Positions 27,712 through 38,225 of a DNA stretch of 64,000 nt are shown here, one piece after another. Both the position numbers and the translations under genes were made by a program. The notes beneath the pieces were generated by a model that searched no databases, was not told the DNA's origin, and saw only the letters and a program-made list of their open reading frames with translations. The DNA is taken from positions 12,606 through 76,605 of IMG/VR virus record IMGVR_UViG_3300014204_000165; one strand, written 5' to 3'. Every line of letters starts with the position of its first letter. Within the stretch, counting starts at the first letter, position 1. This DNA comes from a virus. Lineage: Duplodnaviria > Caudoviricetes.

Positions 27712-30165
27712 TTAACATCCATTGAGTTGGCGTAACTTTTGCGCAACTACATCTGCTACTAGCTTTTCAAAGGACCACTTGTCCATGACAATCATTCCAG
27801 AAGAGTTACCAGATGGGGCAGTATAATTAATATTTACTTTGATGTCGCCCTGATTTGTGGTTGTATTATTACCAGAAGCAATTGATTCTAGGACATTCTG
27901 CAATCGAGAACTAGATGCGACTTCGGCTGGTATAATTGGCTCACCTGAATGAACCATTGCTAAACCACTTCTTGAAATAAGACCACCAGATGCAAATGAC
28001 CCAAATAAGTTCCAGATGCTTGGCCGATTCTCTCCTTGATCATTTTGCATGGCAACAGATCTATCAACGTTTTGGGAGTATTCTCCACCGGTTTCGATAC
28101 CAGGAGCAAATTGTTGCATGTTTGTTGGTGTACCAGCATTTGGATTTGCCCCGGCTTTGACCTCATTAGGAGTTGGTGTATGACCTGATAATTTTGATAA
28201 CAAACGATCAATTGTTTTTTGGTCGTTGCCATAGTCTCTCATATATTTTAAATAATTATATATATCACCACTGATACCACCAAGATCTTTTTCTTCGTAA
28301 CCCGGATATAATTCTAATGCCTTTGTTTTTGACATGTCAGAAAGTTGTTGATCGGTGGTATCCTTGGTTACATCTTTACTAAGTTCTTTTGCTGCATCTG
28401 CTATTTGTGGAGTTGTTCCAGATGTCTCTCCGTAACCAGCAAGATTCTTAATAGCATTTGCTATATCTCCTGGGAGTGCCTTCATCTTTTCGACAAAGTC
28501 TGTTAACTTGCTATAGATTCCAGTTATGGTTTTCCAACCTTCATCCAAGAGGTTTTTAATATATGTTATAGCGTCACTTATAATCTTGGTTTCGGACTGA
28601 ATGATGGGCATTGAATTTCTTAAGATAGGTACAAGTAGGCCAAAGGGTCCTAGTATGACACCTAAACCAATGGTCAAAGTATTGCTAATGTTAGTGCCAG
28701 TACCCGATTTCAGTCCTTTATATAATTCATTGACTTGCGTTATACTGTCACCTAGGAAACTACCTAGTCCTTTGGCACCTTCATCGATCCAATAGCCTAC
28801 GTCCTTGAACCATTGGATAAGGTCCTGACCCATCTCGGTCTCACCAAGTTGTTTCAGGGCTTTACTGAATACTCCAGTACGAGATTCCAGAAGGTAGAGC
28901 AAACCACCAATTATGATGAAAATACCGGCTGCAATTAGTAACGGAGATAAAACAAGACCTTCTGATATTGCTAGGCCACGATTAGCAGTAGTTGCTGTTC
29001 TTGCTGCACCTGCCTGCACTGTCTTTGCTTCTGCATTTGCCAAAGTCGCCACAGTATCTTTTTGGGTCCAAGCAAACAATTCTTTTATTAATTTCCATCC
29101 GGGCGATAATACACCATTTAATAACGTTATAGTGGAAACCAAGGTAAGTCCCGCTGCTGCTAATCCAATTAACGTTGGAATACCAGGAATTGATGTTATT
29201 AGTTGTATGAGGGTAGTAAATCCTTTAATAAGTGGTGTCATTACTGGAATAAGTCCAACACCAATTGCTTTCTTAAGGTCATCTATAGCTTTTGAAGCTT
29301 GGTCCCATGGTCTATCATCAATTTGTTTTGCAAAACCACCTGGTTGTTCCGCTAATTTTCGCTGGGCTTCTAAAATTAATTCATATTTCTTTTTTGTGCT
29401 ATCAAGACGACTATCTGTAATAGATAGATTCTCTACACCAGCTGCTGTTAATGCATCCACAAACTGAGACCGTTGCTCTTTACCACGACGACTAGATGCT
29501 GCTTGGAACTTCTGAGAAGCAAGATTAACAAGTCCTTCTCCTCCACCACTATATGACTCCTGAACAGAAAATCCGACTTGTAATGCAGCTTCGGTTAAAG
29601 CAAGCATTTTTTTATCGGCCCCGGTGCCTTTGTATGTTTCGCTTGCCTTTATCATGGTATTTTTGATAGCACCTAATACTTCAGATGATGATCCTACATA
29701 TCCAGTTCCGGTTGCAGATGCTACTAATTCCTCTACTTCTTTACGACTATTTTTAAACTGTTTAGTCGCATCAATTGCCTTGTAAGTTTGTTCAGTATAA
29801 AGCTTAGAAGCAGCAGCATCCTTATAGGACAATCCGGCTATTGAGCCTCCTATCGCGATGCCTGCCATGCTAGCAATTAAATTCTGAATACCGCCATGAA
29901 CCTCATCAATAGATCCTTTAATTTTGCTAAAAGAGGAGGTAAGCGACGATTCGACTTGTTTACCAGCATTAGATATATTGTTAACTGAGTTACCAGCTTC
30001 CTTGGCCTTACCAGACAATTGCTGGATAGAGTTATCTGAACCGACCGAGAATTTCTTACCAGAAAGTTGATCAAGTTTTTGGTTGATAGTATCCAGACGT
30101 TCTTCGGGATTACCTACTAATGAAATTAGAACCTGGACACTACGAGCATATGAATCGTCTGCCAT
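27712..30165 (-). CDS. Tape measure protein
   Basis: 817 aa helical, Ala/Gly/Leu-rich hydrophobic mid-region, follows tail chaperones. Confidence 0.88.
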   Translation of the reverse strand: MADDSYARSVQVLISLVGNPEERLDTINQKLDQLSGKKFSVGSDNSIQQLSGKAKEAGNSVNNISNAGKQVESSLTSSFSKIKGSIDEVHGGIQNLIASMAGIAIGGSIAGLSYKDAAASKLYTEQTYKAIDATKQFKNSRKEVEELVASATGTGYVGSSSEVLGAIKNTMIKASETYKGTGADKKMLALTEAALQVGFSVQESYSGGGEGLVNLASQKFQAASSRRGKEQRSQFVDALTAAGVENLSITDSRLDSTKKKYELILEAQRKLAEQPGGFAKQIDDRPWDQASKAIDDLKKAIGVGLIPVMTPLIKGFTTLIQLITSIPGIPTLIGLAAAGLTLVSTITLLNGVLSPGWKLIKELFAWTQKDTVATLANAEAKTVQAGAARTATTANRGLAISEGLVLSPLLIAAGIFIIIGGLLYLLESRTGVFSKALKQLGETEMGQDLIQWFKDVGYWIDEGAKGLGSFLGDSITQVNELYKGLKSGTGTNISNTLTIGLGVILGPFGLLVPILRNSMPIIQSETKIISDAITYIKNLLDEGWKTITGIYSKLTDFVEKMKALPGDIANAIKNLAGYGETSGTTPQIADAAKELSKDVTKDTTDQQLSDMSKTKALELYPGYEEKDLGGISGDIYNYLKYMRDYGNDQKTIDRLLSKLSGHTPTPNEVKAGANPNAGTPTNMQQFAPGIETGGEYSQNVDRSVAMQNDQGENRPSIWNLFGSFASGGLISRSGLAMVHSGEPIIPAEVASSSRLQNVLESIASGNNTTTNQGDIKVNINYTAPSGNSSGMIVMDKWSFEKLVADVVAQKLRQLNGC

Positions 30166-30814
30166 TAAACCTTACCTTTCTTGTTCTTATTCACTATGGA
30201 TAGCCAGCGTTGTTTCTGTTCTTCATTGCACTTGTCGTAGTGGGCTTGGTCTCGCTTACCTTTCATCGAGGCTACGAATTCCTTGTGGGTCATCCTGCGT
30301 TTGGCAGATTTTCCGGCCTTGGCAAGTTCAATGAGTTCCTGCATCTTGCAAATGGAATCAGTCTGGAGACGGGTAAGCCTATCTAACCTTCCTGGGATTC
30401 TGTACCCAGCATAGTGGAGCCACATAAGTTTTTGGCCTTCAGGTTCTTGAAAAAATCTGATAGCTCCTCGCTGCCTACTGTCGAAATTGAAATTATAGCG
30501 CGTCCAATTTCAGACAGGGCATTACCGATCATGAGTTCATATACTTCTTTTTGATCTTCTATGGGATCTTCTGGGTTGACTATCTCATGAAGTTTAGGAT
30601 CAACTATACCAAACCGGCAAGCTTCTAACTGTAGCAAATAGTTATCTGAAAGTTTTGGATCTGTAGTGTCGAACCCAGCGTCCTCGACCTTCTTGAAAAC
30701 TTTGGCAATTTCTAACTCAGTCAATGGTTTTACCGTGATTGATTCCTGGTAAATAGTCACAGGAACTTCCTTACGAAATTTAGCACCTTCTAGGATTAGT
30801 TCTTTTGATATCAT
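30165..30814 (-). CDS. Tail assembly chaperone, extended (GT-like) form via -1 frameshift at T-TTT-TTC (30455-30449)
   Basis: Slippery heptamer at D-F-F; the -1 frame is open into the 30165..30425 ORF. Confidence 0.7.
30383..30814 (-). CDS. Tail assembly chaperone (G-like)
   Basis: 143 aa acidic, between tube and TMP. Confidence 0.8.
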   Translation of the reverse strand: MISKELILEGAKFRKEVPVTIYQESITVKPLTELEIAKVFKKVEDAGFDTTDPKLSDNYLLQLEACRFGIVDPKLHEIVNPEDPIEDQKEVYELMIGNALSEIGRAIISISTVGSEELSDFFKNLKAKNLCGSTMLGTESQEG

Positions 30815-30889
30815 ATGTGATATACTCCTTGCTTTGAACTTTAACTATTTATTTTGGTAAATTAAAAAATAATATTTTAAAAAAAAGTT

Positions 30890-31387
30890 TTAAGGTGGTG
30901 TCCTTGACATGCAAGTCCAAGAATACTTAGTGGATACTGTGCTTCCTGGTTCACCAACACTAAGGCTATCTTGCTTAAGCAAGCACCTATTAAATGTTAC
31001 GATCGCAGCGCCACCTGGTGTTCCTGCTGTCTTCAAGGAACGATCATATGCGGCTCCATTATCAGCGATCATAATGGTAAATTCGCGGGAGAGACCTTGT
31101 ACACCATTCCAAGTGAGATGCTCCTTGATTAGGTCCATCCAAGTTTCTGGATTTTCTGCGTCAGAAACCCACCAAGAGCCTATTTCAAAATCTCCTTGGT
31201 AATCTATTTTGCCTTGGACGTGTGCGTATTTTTGATGGTTTCCGGTACCATATTCACTAGAAACGTCTGTACTCTTCTGGGCAGAAATCGACTTCAGCGG
31301 GATTGTCTGTAACGTACCATCAGCCGATGAAGTAAACGTTACCACAATATCACCTGGAGATTCTGCTACAATTGTATATTCAGCCAT
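30890..31387 (-). CDS. Tail tube protein
   Basis: 165 aa directly after sheath; beta-rich. Confidence 0.75.
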   Translation of the reverse strand: MAEYTIVAESPGDIVVTFTSSADGTLQTIPLKSISAQKSTDVSSEYGTGNHQKYAHVQGKIDYQGDFEIGSWWVSDAENPETWMDLIKEHLTWNGVQGLSREFTIMIADNGAAYDRSLKTAGTPGGAAIVTFNRCLLKQDSLSVGEPGSTVSTKYSWTCMSRTPP

Positions 31388-31416
31388 ATAATTATAACTC
31401 CTTTATAAAAAAGTAA

Positions 31417-33099
31417 TTACTGGTCAATCACTGACGTAATTACTCCAGTATCGTTGTCATTTAGGATACCAACAGCAATTGTCTCATCAATACGCTCGAT
31501 GTGACCGATATTTTCCATGCTTATCTTAACAATGACTTTGCCAGTGTCCGTATCGTCGCCATAAACATCTAAGGTATATGCTCGAATATTTTCATCACGT
31601 AATAGATCATTCAGGACAGACGCAATTGATGCCTTCATACTAGCCATGACAGCCGTTGTTCTCTTCTCATGGAAGTACTGGCGAGCAATTTGGTCGGAAC
31701 AAACAATGACCCAATTGATTGTCCTGTTATCCACTGTCCTAAGGAACTGCCAAGTTTGGTCTGTGGTAATTCCCACATAAGGTCGGATACCTCTGCTCTT
31801 GATTATAGCATCGGCTCTAGCATCGGTGTCTTGGGTTAAGAGATCGACATCGGTTTGTTCAAAGGTAGTCAGGAGACCATTTAGACCATTCATTGCATTA
31901 CGTGGTAGTGCAGCACTTTCTCCCAGGGCGACAGCTGCTTCCTTGCCAGCCCTTGCAACTGCAATGTTTTGGAGTGTAGTAGAATTGTCCCAAGGATTAG
32001 CGACGATTGTGAGCAACCTATTAGAATAGCCAGCTGCTATGTCCAGGACTTGCTCGGCAGTTAGATTTGGAGCAACTCCAATGAAGCCCTGACACGGATG
32101 GAACTTATTTGCGTATTCTGATAGAATGCCATCCAGAACTGGAATCAGGTCATGAGTACCTTCATCAACTTCGTATTCGGTTAGTGCACATGTTTGCGGG
32201 GCACCTATCAGTTCCGAAGCCGCATCAAAGCCAACACGTAAGGCATCTTCCCAATTGTCAGTGTCGATTGTATCGCCATCTAAGCCACCTGACAGGGAAT
32301 AAGTAACGGCGGCATCAATGTAGGGAAGGTGAGTCTCGCCAGTAACTTGCGTTGCAGTTACGAAACCAGTGCCATTAATACGAGCAACCAATTTAACCAA
32401 ACTGGAAATATTGTCATAAGTGTATGTGGTTTCATTGTCACTAATGACAACTTTCACGGTGTAATGTTTCAGGCTATAAGTAATCAGGGAAGTTGCAGGT
32501 ACAGATGTTCCGAATGTTAGGGAGCCATTTACCGTATCAATATAAACCTGATTCGAGCTTGGTGGGCTTGTATACACGATAGTTTTTGTAACACCATCAA
32601 CTTTCACCCAATTGTTAGTAAGATCCTGATAAATATTACAATAGTCGGTGTAATAAGGTCCGACACTGCCAGCACCTGGTATTGCATAGGGAGTGGTTTC
32701 TGGTGCCTTTGTACTGCCTTGCAGAACTTTAACTGTAACAGCATTTCCCCAAATTCCTGGCGAGGCTGCGCTCAGGGTTACGACGTCATTTGGGACGGAG
32801 AGACCATCGTCTAAGGTAATGGAAGCAGTGGCATGCGATGTTCCTAGGACCCGGACTGCATATACGACAGGTGCGCCTTGCGCGAACACAAGTTCAACTG
32901 CGTCCTTTAACCCTCCAGAATAGAAGTAAGACTTTGCACTTGAACTGGATGTCATTGCAACGGCTTCATCTACGGGGCCACGAACAGATCGGCCAACTAC
33001 CAGAACAGTGCCCTTGCCCACAATAACAGGGACAGGTCCAACTGTCTCTAGTTTAATTATAAGTCTTACAAATTGGCTACTATTGCCGTACTCTACCAT
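31417..33099 (-). CDS. Contractile tail sheath protein
   Basis: GPVDEAV, G...VYAVRV, A.SPGIWGN.+.V, LSGG.DG, VDNRTIN. Confidence 0.93.
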   Translation of the reverse strand: MVEYGNSSQFVRLIIKLETVGPVPVIVGKGTVLVVGRSVRGPVDEAVAMTSSSSAKSYFYSGGLKDAVELVFAQGAPVVYAVRVLGTSHATASITLDDGLSVPNDVVTLSAASPGIWGNAVTVKVLQGSTKAPETTPYAIPGAGSVGPYYTDYCNIYQDLTNNWVKVDGVTKTIVYTSPPSSNQVYIDTVNGSLTFGTSVPATSLITYSLKHYTVKVVISDNETTYTYDNISSLVKLVARINGTGFVTATQVTGETHLPYIDAAVTYSLSGGLDGDTIDTDNWEDALRVGFDAASELIGAPQTCALTEYEVDEGTHDLIPVLDGILSEYANKFHPCQGFIGVAPNLTAEQVLDIAAGYSNRLLTIVANPWDNSTTLQNIAVARAGKEAAVALGESAALPRNAMNGLNGLLTTFEQTDVDLLTQDTDARADAIIKSRGIRPYVGITTDQTWQFLRTVDNRTINWVIVCSDQIARQYFHEKRTTAVMASMKASIASVLNDLLRDENIRAYTLDVYGDDTDTGKVIVKISMENIGHIERIDETIAVGILNDNDTGVITSVIDQ

Positions 33100-33147
33100 A
33101 AGTAGTCACCTTTTGGAATTATAATTGTCATTTATTTAATCACCAAA

Positions 33148-33318
33148 TTATTTTATATCAATTATCTGAGTCTTTGGATAGCCATCTTTTAGGTAATCCA
33201 AGTAAACTTTCTTAGAAATTTTATTCTGTCTCCACGCATCATAAATGGTTAGTTTAAGAATCGTGGAGGTGAGAATAGGATCTTCTTGAACGTCATTTTC
33301 AATTTTCTTTATTTTCAT
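33148..33318 (-). CDS. 56-aa protein with SHOCT-like motif (not in ORF track)
   Basis: MKIKKIEND...IYDAWRQNKISKKVYLDYLKDG; directly downstream of the conserved late motif. Confidence 0.55.
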   Translation of the reverse strand: MKIKKIENDVQEDPILTSTILKLTIYDAWRQNKISKKVYLDYLKDGYPKTQIIDIK

Positions 33319-33336
33319 AAGGAACCTTCAAAACAA

Positions 33337-33387
33337 TTAATCATATTGGAAGGTAAAAGAGAGTGTTTTACGATCTGCTTGGCGTAA
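33337..33387 (-). promoter_or_regulatory. Conserved bipartite late-operon motif, copy 1
   Basis: TTAATCATATTGGAAGGTAAA-N7-GTTTTACGATCTGCTTGGCGTAA. Confidence 0.7.
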
Positions 33388-33399
33388 GTTATAAATATA

Positions 33400-34008
33400 A
33401 TGAAAATAGTTTATGTCTTGGTGATAACAACGAAAACATTCTTGATGTGCATAACAATATTCCTACTTATTAGTGTAAGCACATGTATAGACATAAATAC
33501 GTCAGCAAAGACCAATTCATTCTACGCTGACTTTGGACCGTATAACGCAACGTTCAACTACAACAGCACAAATTATCTGTTACTTCCTGAATACAATGAA
33601 GTTGATCGTCCACTAAGTGAATACCTTGAAGATCCGATTGTAGGATGGGAAAAATCAGGAATTTATGGTATCTGGATATTGAATGTGTCTACCATGGACA
33701 ACATTGGATATATTGATATGTATACCGAGAGTGATATTTATCGCGAGACCCAAAAAGAATATCTAGAATCACATAGACATAAAACAAGCAAAATATATGT
33801 CAGTGACAATTACACTTGGATAGTGGATAAAGTACCTATGATTAATTACTATGCAAGAGCATGGTATTCAGAAAATCAAGAAATATCAGTGGGCACAAAC
33901 CTAGAATATCCAGAATTGTTTATAGAAATATTAAAGAGTCTAAATGTAACTCAACAATATCAATCAGATATAATAATTGTGTCAAAACCACAAGAAGACT
34001 CTTTATAA
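33400..34008 (+). CDS. Secreted/membrane-anchored accessory protein (moron-like)
   Basis: Lone plus-strand gene with its own TATA; N-terminal hydrophobic segment. Confidence 0.65.
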   Translation: MKIVYVLVITTKTFLMCITIFLLISVSTCIDINTSAKTNSFYADFGPYNATFNYNSTNYLLLPEYNEVDRPLSEYLEDPIVGWEKSGIYGIWILNVSTMDNIGYIDMYTESDIYRETQKEYLESHRHKTSKIYVSDNYTWIVDKVPMINYYARAWYSENQEISVGTNLEYPELFIEILKSLNVTQQYQSDIIIVSKPQEDSL

Positions 34009-34682
34009 CTACCTTGCAAAACCATATCGATTAGGAGGTCTGACTTCCAACCTCTTATGTTGACACCCATTTCGTACCAAGGTGGGTGAACGTCCGTTAG
34101 GATAATATGGTCAATGGCAGTTACAGGTAATCCCCAATCAAATTCAATGGCATGAATATTGGAAGTTGGGTCCAAGGCACTAAATTCATACTCAATTTGG
34201 AAATCCAAATTTGCAAGATAAATCCAGTGTTCATCTGCACCTTTGGCCATATAACTGGGTAAATAAGTTACCTTGGAACTTCCTGGCACTACTTTCATAT
34301 AATCAGTGGGCCAATAAATACCAAGTCTCCAGATTTCTATTTCTTGTTCTAGGTCGTACATCAAGGTGTCAAGAATTTCAGGAGTTTCTTGGTCGGTTCC
34401 AGGCGTCTCGCTTTCACACATCACGGTCACACTTATAGTAGCTTTCTGATGATGACCTAGCCATTCTTGTGCATCGCCTTGATAACCATCATAGTTCTTG
34501 CGGATTGGGCCTCCTGTAGATGGACGGGCTCTAATACCTTGGGAAATTATCGCGATCCGCATCGAGGGGAAGGTATTGTCGTCGTTCAAAAGACGGTCAC
34601 GACGAAGTTTTTTGACAGTATAACCACCCAAATCAGTAGGCACAGCCGCCAGAATTCGGACTCTTTGGCCAACCGAAAGCAT
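33960..34682 (-). CDS. Probable tail terminator / neck protein
   Basis: TFPSMRIAI, ATISVTV pattern; upstream of sheath. Confidence 0.55.
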   Translation of the reverse strand: MLSVGQRVRILAAVPTDLGGYTVKKLRRDRLLNDDNTFPSMRIAIISQGIRARPSTGGPIRKNYDGYQGDAQEWLGHHQKATISVTVMCESETPGTDQETPEILDTLMYDLEQEIEIWRLGIYWPTDYMKVVPGSSKVTYLPSYMAKGADEHWIYLANLDFQIEYEFSALDPTSNIHAIEFDWGLPVTAIDHIILTDVHPPWYEMGVNIRGWKSDLLIDMVLQGSYKESSCGFDTIIISD

Positions 34683-36344
34683 TTAAAGCACCACCATGTC
34701 GGTATTATAGTCCACAGGCTTATATGGAATATTTGGATATCTAACGTCCGGAAGTTGGGGTCCCCACTTCTCGAAATTGTTCATGATTTGGTCCGTATGA
34801 CTATCAACTAATTTCATTTCAAATGAGCAGGAATTTTCAGCGATATTTGATAAGTTCATGCGCATAGTGGCATATTTTATCAATGCCTTTTGGGATAAAA
34901 TGTCCTGGGACAATGTTTTAATTAAGCGTGAGGCATTAACTACATCATAATTACAGGATGTTATAAAAGTATCCCTAAGGTTATTACTAATTATATATGA
35001 TTTTATATCGGTTTTCTTTTCAACGACATCAAATAAGCATGATTTTATATTTGCATTTTTATTTAATAAATCAAAAGAATATGTTTTATAAAGTGTTGGT
35101 ATCTTTAGTCTCATATCAAAAGGCATTGTCCTTTCATTTCGGAATGTCGTCAACAAGTCAATGTCATTAGAAATATTCCTGATAGTTTTATTATATTCCA
35201 CGAGATATTTACCAGCATTGTGACAAGGCGCACCTACCCAAGTATATGTCGTCCAATATTCTTCGTCGAAGACCTGCTGACCAATACCAGATACAATCTC
35301 TTGGGACGGATCTCCTTCATAAACAGTAACATTGCTGTTATCCGAGATAGTCCAAGTAAGACCACCATCCACTGAGTAATGTATAATAGGAGAATTATTA
35401 ACATCATATGTTGAAAATGTAGCGAATATGTCCTTCGTGGGAGAGCCCGCTCTTAATACATCATATGCGGTTATTGAACCATTATCATCTCCTTTATAGG
35501 GCAGGACCATTATTTCTGAGAACCACTTTTCACCGCCATATGCACTGTGCAAGTAGTGAACTGCGTTTTGGTCAACAGAATGAATCCTGAACAACATTGA
35601 AGAATCTTCGGGTCCTTGCCCACGAACATCCGTGACAATTATTTGGAGCACACGAATTGTATTGTAGATTGTCCAGTGAGCAAAGGCACCTGTCGATAAT
35701 TCATAAGTAAAGGACCAATTTATGCCAAGATCATCAGAAAAGACAACATGAGGCCCACATCCAGCAACTATCCTGGATTGAAATCCGGCTAATGCTGGTG
35801 GAGCATAACCAGTATACTTAGTTGTGATATGACTAAGAGATTCTCCAAGATATGTTACAATATTATGACAGTCTAGGACTTTAGACCATGTCCTGGCATA
35901 ATCTTCTGACCGCCAGACGTAATTTGTATCATGGGCAAACAGAACATCATCACTAACGTTAATTACGGTTCGACAACCTGGAGCAAATGACGATATCTCA
36001 GTCCATGTATATCCAGAATCTAGCCTAGATTCAATCCATCCAGTTGAAGTCGAGCCAATTAACCAGCCATAGTCTATGGCAGTTAAAGTATAAATAATGT
36101 CAACTGTATTATAAACAGATTCCCATGTTTTGCCCATGTCTTTGGTACGGTAAATTGAATAAGTACCGTCAAGCATCTTCACAACGCAGACATGATATTG
36201 GCCATAGACGTGTATAGGCTTTTGAATGATATCTATGGCACCAGGAAATGGCTTAGACTTCCACCAAGATTGGAAGGTAGTTGTGTCGAACGTACCCAAG
36301 ATAAAGTTCTTGCCATCTATAACACTAAGGACAACTGGTCTCAT
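34683..36344 (-). CDS. BNR/Asp-box beta-propeller virion protein
   Basis: Five S/T-x-D-x-G-x-T-W boxes (TKDMGKTW, RLDSGYTW, SEDYARTW, SDDLGINW, SVDGGLTW). Confidence 0.75.
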   Translation of the reverse strand: MRPVVLSVIDGKNFILGTFDTTTFQSWWKSKPFPGAIDIIQKPIHVYGQYHVCVVKMLDGTYSIYRTKDMGKTWESVYNTVDIIYTLTAIDYGWLIGSTSTGWIESRLDSGYTWTEISSFAPGCRTVINVSDDVLFAHDTNYVWRSEDYARTWSKVLDCHNIVTYLGESLSHITTKYTGYAPPALAGFQSRIVAGCGPHVVFSDDLGINWSFTYELSTGAFAHWTIYNTIRVLQIIVTDVRGQGPEDSSMLFRIHSVDQNAVHYLHSAYGGEKWFSEIMVLPYKGDDNGSITAYDVLRAGSPTKDIFATFSTYDVNNSPIIHYSVDGGLTWTISDNSNVTVYEGDPSQEIVSGIGQQVFDEEYWTTYTWVGAPCHNAGKYLVEYNKTIRNISNDIDLLTTFRNERTMPFDMRLKIPTLYKTYSFDLLNKNANIKSCLFDVVEKKTDIKSYIISNNLRDTFITSCNYDVVNASRLIKTLSQDILSQKALIKYATMRMNLSNIAENSCSFEMKLVDSHTDQIMNNFEKWGPQLPDVRYPNIPYKPVDYNTDMVVL

Positions 36345-37652
36345 TTAAGCACCCACCAATTTGATTGTCATGCCTTGTCTCTTTGGGAAAGTTCGTTTTG
36401 TTAAAATATCAATATCCAAATCAACAGCAAACAACCTGGTTACAATGTCTGTCGCGTAGGTCTGAGTATTTTGGAACACAAGATTATTTTCCATGCGCAA
36501 GAACCTTCGCTTGGTACCTTTCAGAACAGAGTCTATTTGTAGTTCTTTATTAATATCCGATAAACTATTGTAAAAGTCCATTGAAAGTTGTCTGATTATA
36601 TTATGTTTTTTACTCAACACATCAAAAGTGGGTTGGTTAAAGACGGTTTTCTTGAATAAGCCATCACATAGGATGGACTTGTCTTTAGTAAGCCGCACTG
36701 AATTATACATGCCAAAATAAGCAAATCTTTGTATCATAATTGCTAGGTCAAAATCATATGGCAGTACCGTCTGGAGTACACTTATTAGGTCAAAATCATA
36801 AGTCTTATCTATGTCCCACTGAGCAACAGCACAATAAGCATTATAAGGCAGGGTGATAGGCCCTTTCATATACAAATCCATATAATAATCAATATAAGGC
36901 AGGAACATATTATAAGATATGCCAGAGGCCAACATTTGAGGAATAAGCATATCTAGGACAGTCTTCTTGGCAAAAGCAGATCGCATTGCACTGACTGTGT
37001 CAAAAGTAATGTCAACACTAGCGGGGTATCTTGGCGTAACATTAGTCGAGGTTTCTCCAATTATACTATCTATAATGGTCTCACAATTAGCTTTGGTACC
37101 TGAAGATGTTAAAACTAGGGTTCTTGTTTTAAGTCTATCTCTATAATCCGTGTCACTTTCTTGATAAATTCTGGGCATGTCATATATTTGACCCCAAGCA
37201 ATATCCAAGTAGGTCCCTTCAGCAGAGTCTATTTTTAGAGCTGTAGCCATTGTATCCATTTGGCGCCAAACAGAATCTAGGGCCTCTGCCCAAGACCAAA
37301 CCAACGCATTCAGGACACTCGTGGACGGCACCGTTAATTCATAAGAAGGTACTAATGTTAGGGACACTCCAAGGGCTCTTAGTGTATCCTTAAGGCCCGT
37401 GCTCAATTGATAGGTTTTATAATTATAAGTATTGGAGATAGCATAACCCATGTCCCAGGTCTTGTTCACACCCTTTAGAAGCAAGGTATCCGACTGTCTA
37501 CTATGAGAATATCGAATTGCACCAGGCGGATCTTCAATTGGTTCCGATCCTACAAAAACAGTCCACTGATCCATGCTATAAGATATTGTATTGACTGAGA
37601 AAGAGTCTCCAATTCCTGGAAGTTCGCCAAGGGGTGTTTCTCCTATAAGCAT
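36345..37652 (-). CDS. Baseplate wedge protein (P2 gpI/YmfQ-like) with repetitive C-terminus
   Basis: IDSAEGTYLDIAWG...R..ESDTDYRDRL. Confidence 0.7.
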   Translation of the reverse strand: MLIGETPLGELPGIGDSFSVNTISYSMDQWTVFVGSEPIEDPPGAIRYSHSRQSDTLLLKGVNKTWDMGYAISNTYNYKTYQLSTGLKDTLRALGVSLTLVPSYELTVPSTSVLNALVWSWAEALDSVWRQMDTMATALKIDSAEGTYLDIAWGQIYDMPRIYQESDTDYRDRLKTRTLVLTSSGTKANCETIIDSIIGETSTNVTPRYPASVDITFDTVSAMRSAFAKKTVLDMLIPQMLASGISYNMFLPYIDYYMDLYMKGPITLPYNAYCAVAQWDIDKTYDFDLISVLQTVLPYDFDLAIMIQRFAYFGMYNSVRLTKDKSILCDGLFKKTVFNQPTFDVLSKKHNIIRQLSMDFYNSLSDINKELQIDSVLKGTKRRFLRMENNLVFQNTQTYATDIVTRLFAVDLDIDILTKRTFPKRQGMTIKLVGA

Positions 37653-38203
37653 GATGCCTCGATTGTATAACCATATGTTATAAAAATAGATTCAAACCAA
37701 TTCTGCCATAAGGACCTTTTATATGTAGTCTTACCATGGCATACATCACAAAGCGGAACCAAATTTATTATAGCAGAATTTTCTTTATTATAATCAATAT
37801 GATGTACGTGCAACTTACGATCTAAATTATTTTCTTTTACACCACATAAAAAACATGTATTATAAAATATATTTCTTATATACATTTTATAATTATTTGA
37901 AAAGTTTTTATAATTATTTTTCTTTTTAGACCTCCCATCGATCCATTGAGAATTTCTCTCATCGCTTTGACTTATAGACATTTTTTCTTTAGTTTTATTA
38001 GAATGATGCTTTCCTAGATGAGATATTGAAAGTTTTTGTATATATCTATCAGTCATTTTTACTATTTTTATGTCAAGTTTTTTGAATGCACGAAGAATGG
38101 TACTATGACTTACTCCAAATTCTGCCGCTATTTCGTCTATTGTAAATTTATCTATTTCATATAATTTTTGTAAATATTCTTTATGTTGAATACCAAATTG
38201 CAT
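37643..38203 (-). CDS. HNH endonuclease with HTH and NUMOD3-like motif
   Basis: IAAEFGVS..TI, HSNKTKEKMS, CFLC..HVHHIDYNK.N....LVPLCDVCH. Confidence 0.85.
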   Translation of the reverse strand: MQFGIQHKEYLQKLYEIDKFTIDEIAAEFGVSHSTILRAFKKLDIKIVKMTDRYIQKLSISHLGKHHSNKTKEKMSISQSDERNSQWIDGRSKKKNNYKNFSNNYKMYIRNIFYNTCFLCGVKENNLDRKLHVHHIDYNKENSAIINLVPLCDVCHGKTTYKRSLWQNWFESIFITYGYTIEASCL

Positions 38204-38225
38204 CTTGTTCACCTCAAAAAAAAGT

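Noticed and set aside
28913-29467. Long antisense ORFs (also 22456..22902, 52601..53155, 63499..63855)
   Set aside because: Shadows of strongly supported minus-strand genes, with no SD or motifs.
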